Assembly: GCA_950097015.1 (NCBI GenBank)
Contig: CATNEN010000002.1
Span: 2,232,001-2,296,000, forward strand
Length of the DNA: 64,000 nucleotides
Direction: 5' to 3'
Source of the DNA: Macrostomum hystrix
Lineage: Eukaryota; Animalia; Platyhelminthes
Made by a program: the position numbers and the translations under genes. The notes beneath the pieces were generated by a model. The model was not told the origin of the DNA and did no database searches. It saw only the letters and a list, made by a program, of their open reading frames with translations. This document shows, piece after piece, positions 1 to 9,123 of this stretch; within the stretch, counting starts at the first letter, position 1, and every line of letters starts with the position of its first letter.

Positions 1-11
1 GCAGCTATCGC

Positions 12-245
12 GCTGCTCATATGAAGGCTGCGTACGGCTGTTCAGTCCATGGACTGGGGGGACGCCACACCCACCCTCAATTACCCCAGCTGATGCTGGT
101 TCCCATTTAACAGCTTGGTGAACTGAAGAAATGCAGACCTACGTGTCTTACTAAAGGAAGAAAAAATTCAGTTGATTCCGGAATCGAACCTCCGACGTTC
201 GAGTCATGAGTTCTACACTCTAAGCACTTGCTTCAACCCAGCTTA
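12..245 (-). mobile_element. tRNA-derived SINE family A (CORE-SINE-like), copy 1
   Basis: The minus strand has a B box (GGTTCGATTCC), then a CORE-like body and the tail ccagtccatggactgaacagccgtacgcagcc. Recurs at ~13395-13620, ~18857-19070 and partially at ~28950-29085. Confidence 0.7.
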
Positions 246-942
246 ATTAGTGTCTCATTAGGAGCTTCATTGCAAAAATCGGCAGTGAGGCTCGTACATC
301 GTACGAAATTTTCTTCTTCGTAAATAACGGAATAGCTAATCGATGTTGTACCCACAATGGGTACATGGTATTGAATTGCAATATACATTTTTGTTCTATA
401 TAACCTGATACATTGTCAGAAAAACTTTCTGAAATACCACAAGTGATTTGTTATCGATAACTCTTGTGATTGTGAGAATAACAATCCATGCTGTATATTT
501 TACAGTATTTTTATCGAGTGGATTAGCGGATGCTAAGCAATGGTAATATTCGAGTTTTCAAGTTCTTTTTCTGTCAAGAAAAGAGTTAATACCCGTAATT
601 ATACCTGTTTGGAAATTTCCAGTCTGGTAAGAAAGCTTAAAGCGTGGAAAAACACTAGAAATGGTCTGCAAAAAAGAAGTGACTGCTGCGCAAGAAATAC
701 ATTTCTGAGCAATACGATGACAGCCAATGGCATCGCCAGTGTGGCGCCACTGCAGTATGAGATAGCCCAGACACTGGCGAGCAGACTCGCTTGTTGAGAC
801 CAGGACAATATGGGCATACTTCCGCGGTCACAAAAAGAGGCTATTTTTCAAACTCTAACTTAATTCTATTGTATTTGTTACTTTTTTGAAGGTGAATCAA
901 GACGGCTTTTTAGTTGGTCCTTCAAAGTATGCAGCTTTCTGA

Positions 943-1020
943 GCACGTTTTCTGGGGTTTTCGCCTCACGTTGCCGCTCCAGTCGCAGCTAGCCCACCCG
1001 GGACTTTCGAGTCTATAAAT
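943..1020 (+). promoter_or_regulatory. Promoter of precursor gene 1: GCACGTTTT motif and TATA box
   Basis: GCACGTTTT at 943-951 and TATAAAT at 1014-1020, ~90 bp before the ATG. The same motif pair precedes paralogues 2-5. Confidence 0.6.
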
Positions 1021-1110
1021 GGTGACAGTAAGAAGCAGCCCAAAATGTTCTCAAGCCGAGTTTAATAAAGCCCCCTCGAGTCGATCTTCTTCAAAGAAAC
1101 GAAAACGACA

Positions 1111-1332
1111 ATGAAGTGGCAGTTTGCTCTTGGCCTCCTGCTGTGCGTGGCCCTAGCTGTCTACGCCAGCCCAGCTGATCAGAACGACGAAGATGAAGAG
1201 GTCGCCGCCGCCCTCGCCGACATGGCCGAGCCGGCCCAGGCCGATGAGAACGAGGCGCCCGAAGCCAAGTTCCGGTTCCGAGTCCGCAGGCGTCGCCGCT
1301 TCTACCGGGGATACTACTTCTATGGCAAGTAA
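1111..1332 (+). CDS. Secreted Arg/Tyr-rich cationic peptide precursor, gene 1 (73 aa; AMP-like)
   Basis: Signal MKWQFALGLLLCVALAVYA, acidic pro-piece ending PEAK, then FRFRVRRRRRFYRGYYFY-GK. TATA upstream, AATAAA at ~1450, five paralogues in the window. Confidence 0.85.
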   Translation: MKWQFALGLLLCVALAVYASPADQNDEDEEVAAALADMAEPAQADENEAPEAKFRFRVRRRRRFYRGYYFYGK

Positions 1333-1852
1333 GCATCTCGGACAGCACTATGGACCGACACTGCGACACCTGATCGAACTAACCCAAACAGTGCACAGTA
1401 AACTTAAAAACACTCAGCTACTTCCATTTCTAGGAGTCATATGGCTACTAATAAAGTTCTGAATCAGTCAGATGGTTTACGACCTTTGTACTCGCAGATA
1501 ACATCCTACATTGCTGAGACATTGCATGTGAAACTTACCGATGTAATAAAAAATTGATAAGAAAAATAGCTGGCTTTTAGTCAATAAAATAATTACATAG
1601 TAAATCTGCACTTTCTAATTGATTTTAAGTTCTTTCAGAGTCATATTAAATCTTTGTGACTTGTCGAGCCTTAACTGTAGTAATCCATGATTTGACCTTC
1701 ACCAGCCTAAAAGACGTTGAAGGAGCATCCATGCTATGAAAGAGCATTCTGTTGCTTACGAACAAAAATTATACTCTTATGAAAAAGCATAGAAACTGTA
1801 ACATCCTTTCAAAAATGGAACAAACTGTTTTGTAGGAGAAAACAATAATCAA

Positions 1853-2150
1853 GACGGTCCCGCTGATGCGCTGTCAGGGGTGCTACAGGGCGACACACTT
1901 GCGCCGTTTCTATCCGAAACTAAACCCCAATCCGAATCCGAAACTTAACCCCAATCCGAATCCGAAACTTAACCCCTATCTGAATCCGAAACTTAACCCC
2001 AATCCGAATCCGAAACTTAACCCCTATCTGAATCCGAAACTTAGCCCCAATCGAACCGACGGCTTCCTACTGTGCAGGCGCATCGGTCGCCGCTAAAACG
2101 ACAAGGGCTAGACCTCGCCCTCCTGTCTTCATCAGTTGATGGCGTCCAGA
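1853..2150 (+). mobile_element. Deleted relic of a non-LTR retrotransposon RT (paralogue of 15452-16460)
   Basis: Encodes GVLQGDTLAPFL (RT motif). Flanks match 15454 and 15922-16090. Confidence 0.65.
1915..2052 (+). repeat. Hexamer-mosaic simple repeat (AATCCG/AAACTT/AACCCC)
   Basis: Tandem aatccgaaacttaaccccaatccg units replacing part of the RT relic. Confidence 0.85.
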
Positions 2151-2343
2151 TAACGTCTAACTTCAAACCTAAGTGGAGAACAGAACAGTGTCAATTTTTG
2201 TTTATGATTCCTGGCCTGACGCACTTTTATCTCATGTAACGTTGGTCCTTGGGACCACAGCACTTTTTGAAAGAGTGAACATCAAGAGATGCAAGGCAAT
2301 ACTTCAATTTAGCCACAATATAGGCAGCAAAGTATTATTCATA

Positions 2344-2928
2344 TGTAGTAGTTCTATATATTTTGCATTTTAGCTAGTAGTAATTTCATTTCTCGCGCTA
2401 TAATATTTTCTTGCGATATATATATTATATATAGGTACATATTATAAATATTTTTTTTATTTTAGTAAATTCGCGCTATTGAAACAAAGTTTATAAATGC
2501 TATATAAGCAGGGAGTTTCTGTGGTAATAATACAACCCGCCAGTGAGCCGAAAAGGCAATAACTGAGTTAAAGATCTGTTTGAACAAAAGCCAACGTGTT
2601 GTGTCACTTATTAAGGAGATACCTTCAAGTGTTAAGATAAGACAAGGATTGAGGCTGTGACCCTCTGATCCTGGAGAAACGCCCAGCAGAGACTGGAGAA
2701 TAAGAGATCAGTGCCTTAGAGGGATAAACCGCTCGTGCCAGTGCAGAAGCGCTACCTAGGAGAATCTCACAACGTAAGAGTTGTGGTGTTAAAACGGCCC
2801 TTTTCAGGGCCACCGAGTTAAAGACATACGGAGAACGTGAACAGTAGAGAAGGAGCTAAAAGAACAGAAGAGGCCAAAAGATACGCTACCAAGAAAGAGA
2901 GAAAAGTAGAGAGACAAGCCCTGTTACA
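2344..2928. mobile_element. Solo LTR (585 bp; 4-bp TSD suggests Ty3/Gypsy)
   Basis: Starts TGTA, ends TACA, flanked by CATA at 2340-2343 and 2929-2932. The paralogous site in unit B (~16795) is empty with a single CATA. Internal TATA-like tataaatgctatataa near 2492. Confidence 0.75.
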
Positions 2929-3761
2929 CATACAAAATACATTTGAGAAGCAGTCTTACTGCGCCTCCATTACAAGCTGCAAAGCTTCCATAATTTCCTA
3001 ACTATTTGGGACCCAGCATGCAGGGAAGTTGGAATCAATATAAAAATCAAGGTCAACAATATTGTGATAGCGAGCCACGCCCAGGCATGAATACAGCGTC
3101 CTATGGGGTCACCAGCGTCTGTACGAGACTGTGTCAAACTGGTCGGTGGCGTAGTGACACATCTAGATCCTTTTGTGTAAAATCATATTAAATAGTATTT
3201 TTTGCTTTAGAAAAAGCTTGATGGTTGATGACAAGCATTACTATAAAAAGAGAATATCACAGACAATCACTCTACGCATGCACAAAATTGAAAAAATTAA
3301 TGTCATGGCGTCTCAGAGTAGTTGAAGGGTGAGCGATTGGTCGAGCTTTGGGGGGGGGGGCAACGCCACAATGCCACAACCTTCAAGAAGATTAAGCTGT
3401 TTTTGTGAAGCAAATGCGGCAACACCCCCATTGTGCGGTAAGCAGTGAGTCAGTCTGATACTACAATCAACAAAAGTGAGAAAACGCAGATGCTGGGAAT
3501 CCCTACCAACAGATACAGAAAATGCTTTCTAGGTCGAATATTCATTCCAATTTGCTAAAATTGGTTTCGACACACGATTCGGTATTTGGCAGTGGGCACG
3601 TTTTCAGGGGTTCCGATCTCAATAGAACACCAAAAACGTGACGCTCAACCCCCAGTCTAGGCGTTTATAAATATGGGACAGCCAAGGCGCGTTCCCAGAA
3701 CTCCTTCACCCAGCAGAGCTTGCGCTAAATAGCAGTCTCTCTTAAACAAAACGCATCAGCA

Positions 3762-3878
3762 ATGAAGTGGCTGTTTGCCCTCGGTTTGCTACTGTGCGTA
3801 GCCTTGGCCGTCTACGCCAGCCCGGCCGATCAGAACGACGACGATGAAGAGGTGGCCGCTGATGCCCTGGCCGACATG
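3762..3878 (+). pseudogene. Precursor gene 2, truncated by LINE insertion (mature peptide lost)
   Basis: MKWLFALGLLLCVALAVYASPADQNDDDEEVAADALADM, near-identical to gene 4. Homology stops at 3878 and resumes at ~6377, corresponding to 18238. Confidence 0.85.
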
Positions 3879-6377
3879 TGTCGCCTGGCTGATGCTTGGC
3901 GATGGATCATGTCCACCTTCTGTGGTGCCAAGCGCAAGCGCAAGGGGCAGGCGCAAGCCTGGCAAAGAGACCGAGATCCAGGGCGGCGGAGGGAACTCCG
4001 GCCGGGACCTTCCAGGACCGTCCCAGAGAAGAATCCGCAACCGACAGAGTGGTCCTGGACTAACCACCCAGGACACCTCTCTAAACAACAAAATGGTGAC
4101 GCGTCACACGGCACGCGGCAGGCCCGGTCAGGGCAAAGGCACCGGCAAGAGAGACGGAGACGAGAGAAGAGTGCGAGGTAGGGTTAAATGGAAACTGAGA
4201 ACCATCGAGAAGAACCCAGGTCCAAGGACAGAGCACGAGAAGAAGGCGAGAGAGAGAAGGCGGCGGCAAAGAAGAACGAAAAGGAGAGAGAGAAAAAACC
4301 ACGAAAATAGAAAAACAACCCAAAAGGCCTGGAAAAATAAAAAAAATAGAAATTGCAACTTGGAACGTGCAACGAGCAAATATACGAGGTAGCAGATTCG
4401 GAGAGATAGTGAAAGCGGCAGCAGCAAAATGGGATGTCACACTAATAACGGAACTAAACGAAGCCAACAAAGGGATCCGAACCTTCCGAACCGGAAAGAC
4501 AGAAACAACACTAGTCCACTCGAACAGAGTAGGGATCTTGCTGGACGAAGACAGTTCGACCCTGTGGAAAATGACCGGCCGCAAGCTCCATATAACAGAA
4601 CGCACAATCACGGTTGAAGTAGGAAACTTCATGCTCATGGCCATCTGCCAACCAGTTAAAGGAAACGAGGACTACGAAAGTAAGATCCTACTCATCCGCG
4701 ACGAAATCGCCAGGATGCAAATGCATCGATTGGAAAAGATATGGCAAAAACTTTCAACAGCGCAGGCAAGTACGGCATTGGACGAACAAACCAACAAGGA
4801 AGAGACCTACTGACATGGCTGGAAGAGACAGGAACTGTATGGGCAAATTCTTTCTTCAATGAGAGACAAAAGGCACATGGAAGAACCCCCATAGCAAACG
4901 CTGGTATGAATTGGACGGCTTCATCATCAAGAAAGAACTAAGGCATGTAATGGTAGAAAGGATTTCTACGGATAACAGTGAGAACGGATCGGATCACAAA
5001 CCTAAAGTCATGACTCTAAGAACGAAAGTAGAAAAAAGACTTCGGAGAAGAATTTACCAACAACAGGACACGCAGAGAGAGAAGCAGAAAAAGACGAATA
5101 TCGCGTGGGACAGATTGAGAGACGAACACACCGCGAAGAACTACAGAGAAAAGCTCGAGGAGAAGATTTAAAAGAAAGAATAGATCCGAACTAAAGTGGC
5201 TGTAATATGAATGGATAATACGTGAGACAGCCCTGGAGGCCTGCGGAGAGAGAACAAAACAGACTAACCCGTGGATGCTAGGACATGAAAAAGAATTAAC
5301 AAAACTAAATCAAGACATTGCAAACATCTTAAAAGAGAGAAATGAAACCCAGAGCAAAAGGAATAGCAGACGAAGAGAGTAAGAGCTGCTGCAGATTAAA
5401 GAGAAACTAGTAGGAAAGAGACGAGAAAAGAAACAAAAGCTGACAGAATAGGAAGAACGATGGTGGAACGCGATCATAGCAGAATGCAGAGAACATCATG
5501 CTAAAGGGAACATGGGGACGATGTACGACTGCCTCAAGAAACTAGGACTGAGAGAAACTTTCAACAACAGTGAGAACGAAACATTGCTCTCAGCCGAAGA
5601 ATTAAAAAAACACCAAGAAGTGATTCAGAAGGACCGTTTCGAGAACGTCCCAGAAGACGTAATGAGGAACGTCAAGAGCTGCCCAAAGCCGACATTGACA
5701 CACGAAGAACTAGAAGAAGCCAACGAAGAACTCGGGAAAGAAATAGGGAAAAAAGAATTTGACGATGCGCTAAAACAAATGAGAGACGGAGCACCGGGAG
5801 AGGACGGAATACGCCTAATATACTTTAAGAAAGCAAATGAAGAAGTGAGGAACGCGTTGTTTGAAGAAGTGAGGAAACTCTTCTCAACACCAGCAACGGC
5901 TTGGAGGGAGAGCGATCGAATAGGCCAAATTGTAGCGCTTTTTAAAAAGGAGACAGGAAGAACTTAAACAACTATAGAGGAGTGTGCCTGCTACCGTTCC
6001 TGAGCCGAGTCCTGGCACGCTCAATCTCAAGCAGACTGAGGATCTGGTCTGAACGACTCAAGTTGCTAGATGAAAACCAAGCCGGTTTCAGGACGGGACG
6101 CTCCACCATGGACGCCACCCAGATCATGTGGAGACTACAAGAGAACGCCGACCAATACAACCAATCACCAGACAAAGTAGATGCCGAAATGACATCACTG
6201 ACGCTGCTTGACCTAAAAAAGGCGTACCCGCGGATAAACAAGCCGGCCCTCTGGGCCTTACTAACACACTACGAGATGCCACATCACATGATACGCAAAC
6301 TACAGGACATGCATGAACACACGGAGTACAAGGTCAAGGGGCGCAAAGAAGAAAGCTCGACCTTCTTACCAGAACGC
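3879..6377 (+). mobile_element. Degenerate RTE-like non-LTR retrotransposon, 3' truncated
   Basis: APE motifs IATWNVQRAN, GKYGIGRTNQQGRDLL and SDHKP. RT motifs APGEDGI, ENQAGFRTGRSTMD and LLDLKKAYPRI. Multiple frameshifts and stops; RT ends before YADD. Confidence 0.85.
3894..3980 (+). ncRNA. Candidate HDV-like ribozyme at the 5' end of the RTE-like element
   Basis: P1 GCTTGGCG/TGCCAAGC, P3 CCA/TGG with L3 CCTTCTG, P4 CAGGC-GCAA-GCCTG, J4/2 CCGA, P2 TGGATC/GATCCA. Atypical 4-nt gap between P2 and P3. Confidence 0.45.
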
Positions 6378-8947
6378 GGCTGCCTTGGTAAAAGTGCAAT
6401 CCTTGAAACCAAAGTAGAGTCAATAATAATGAGCACGTACTTATAGCTAAACCGTTCTTTGAAATACGTTTCCTTGAAATTGTAAACGCCGGTCATGAAA
6501 GGTATAATAATTCACAATAACTCATTGACTTGTATGACTGGTGCAAAGTTTATAGGTAAACCGGAGAATATGTTTTGATAATTCTGCTACTGTTTTTATC
6601 GAGCTACCGCTCGTATCTTTATATCATTCGTTTGTAATGAGCACAGACTCACACAACTGTCTGTTTTGAGCAGACTGGCAGACAGCAGACTTGCAAACCT
6701 TGCAAAACTACGAGCTGCTGACAATAGCTGTTGTTGGTTCTGACTTCGTCGCAAAAAACTCTTTCGGAATACAGCAGGAAAATACATTGCTGTTAATATA
6801 CAACCTAGCAACCTTAGTCAGTTTAGGAATTGTCTTTCGTGACTCATAAAAAACTAGTAAAGATTTGTTCTTGCTACGAGTTTTAGAAGTTTAGAAGCTT
6901 AGAAGTTTACGATTTAGAAGTACAAAATGTTTTCAAATTCATACACTAAAAATTATTCATAGCCTTAATTTTCGCGATATCCTACTTCCTGTTGGACCAT
7001 CTCGGACTCACGACCTGAAGGTCGGGGTGTCGATTCCTGACTCTGTAATTCCTGACGATTTAGTGCCTGCGTTACAAGTCCTAATAGCATAATCATGACC
7101 ATGATGATTGTGAAAATACAAAGAACAGTATAATTTGGCAAACTCTTTGAAAAACAACTTTTGTGGAAGCAACTTCTCCGTTTTTAAGAAAATTTCACAA
7201 TGACGTAAACTTAGTTATCTGTACTTTTGTCTTAGTTTCGATGTAAGCAATGTCCAGCTTTTACGTTGTTTTTTATGCAACAGTTGGCAAGAACAGTTTG
7301 TCAATAACTGCAGACGCTGATTCTTTCCATTGAATTAAACGATTATAGAACCAACCAACTAGAAATTAATAATTTAAGAAGAGCCCATAGTCTATGATAG
7401 AAGGCAAAGCCAGAAGCCGTTGTCTTGCATAAAATTTACAAACAATGATAGTTAAAATGCTAGACAATGGTAGATTGAATGGTATGTTGCATCGTTGAAT
7501 AATGGCCAGAAACACATACGCTACGCGAAATTAAAGCACATTGTTTTAATGCTTTGACTGAGACCCAGTCGCCATTGCTTAACACTTCTTGTTGTCATTG
7601 TTCAACACTTCTTGTGATTGCTTCACACTTTTTATTATGAAAATTTTTCACACTTTTTTGCTTGGGGTTTCGGCCATAAACGGTACAATTTTGGTAGAAT
7701 TTGTTGGGCTCTGAGCTACAGTTGCTAGGGTTGTAGCCATAGACTAAACTATATGAGCTACATAAAGTTATCCGCAAGATAAAGTTAGAAATTGTGAATT
7801 AAGGAAAACCGCAAGGAATAAGGAAAATCATTTCAATGACACCAATTCCACCCCTTATAAACTGGAAACATCTACCAGTCAATGCACTTAACGGAGTTAA
7901 GCTTGACGGACTACAATTTTTGTCTGAGATTAGTCAAAATGACCACGCATTCGCGTGAGTCGTATCGCAGATCTTCATGAAGTTGGACACAAGTATGAGT
8001 GGCATTATGTGCATTACCGGCCCAAAGAGCGAGCGAACCGTGCGATGTTACCTTTCACGAAAACGAGACCGTGCTGTGTTCGAAGCATCGACTGCGGTAA
8101 AGCACCGCTTAGAACGGCCAATTGTGGAAGCCCACCGGAGCTACGGCCACCGAAAAAGAGACAAGAGTTCTTATCAGAGAAACCTGTGAAATGACCCCGA
8201 GCCAAGAAGTTCACCTTTTAATGGGTAAGTTAGAACTTCGCAGGGAAAGCTATTTCTGAATCCACTGCTACTTTATTTTGCTTTTTCGATCTTGCAGTTC
8301 GAAGCACCCAAGCGTAAGTATCACGGCTATTCGAAAATTGCAGATTCGAGAACTGCACTTTCAACTTTACGAAGTGACTTCCTGCGAAACTTGGATGGAC
8401 TATGACTCTTACCTGGAGCATCACAAAACTTTGTCTTATTGGCGTGTTTTGTTTAAATTGTTATATCTCAATACATTCATAAATTTACACATTCTCTATG
8501 GATACAAAATACCATAGACTATGTAGAAAGTGTTAAGCAATCGACTTTTAAAATTGTCATTACGTCGAAGTGAAAGCTTAGAACAATGGTTGAGATTCAA
8601 GCTGGTTTGACACAAGTACTGAAGCGTCACAAAAATTCAGCAGATTTTGCCAAACACCAGTGCGAAAATACTGGCAATTGGGTCTTACGTTATCTGGTAA
8701 CTTGCGTTTTTTATCAAATAAAATATAATCTAATTTTAATCTAATCAAACACTGTGTGCGCATACACCATTTTACCCTCAATTTTGAACAACGAAAACTT
8801 CAATGGTGACAAACTCTGATTCAATTTTGGCACAGCGAACGACAAAAGCTACACTCTATGGTAAATTCTGTCGAATTTGAATCGGAGTTTGTGATTCGGA
8901 TTGGGACGGCCTGTCAGCTTATCCAGTGCATTTTGTCTGCTGTTATA

Positions 8948-9021
8948 CACGAGGCCAAACCCCAACAAAACGTGCACAAACCCCCAAAAAAGTCTCGGGG
9001 TGGGCTGCGACAGGAGCGGCT
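8948..9021 (-). repeat. Inverted copy of the gene 3 promoter repeat (left part; continues at 13165-13212)
   Basis: Reverse complement of ~14474-14580, split by the Ingi insertion. Confidence 0.85.
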
Positions 9022-9123
9022 GGTGGGGGAGCTTTCGCGACCCCGAGCGCGCCTGGCGCGCTTCCCAATGCTGCCGCCTTCACGTGGCGGGACCGTCCGG
9101 ACTCACCCCCGGCGAAGTGCAGC
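9022..9123 (+). ncRNA. HDV-like self-cleaving ribozyme candidate
   Basis: P2 GCTGCC/GTGCAGC, P3 GCC/GGC, L3 TTCACGT, P1 3' strand GGGACC, J1/4 GT, P4 CCGG/CCGG, J4/2 CGAA. G1 coincides with the first base after the TSD. Confidence 0.7.

Larger units (their letters stand above)
1..7040 (+). repeat. Segmental duplication unit A (carries precursor genes 1 and 2)
   Basis: Collinear high similarity by eye to ~13390-18920: SINE, promoter, gene 1/3, RT relic, gene 2/4 promoter, and 6377-7040 versus 18238-18920. The left edge may lie outside the window. Confidence 0.85.

Noticed and set aside
1000-1010. kB-like GGGACTTTCG in the gene 1 promoter
   Set aside because: One mismatch from canonical, changed in gene 3 and absent from genes 2, 4 and 5; too weak to call.
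8926-9021. ORF-track start of the 1411-aa LINE protein at 8926
   Set aside because: Lies upstream of the TSD in host/promoter-derived sequence and starts at a non-ATG codon, so it is not part of the element.
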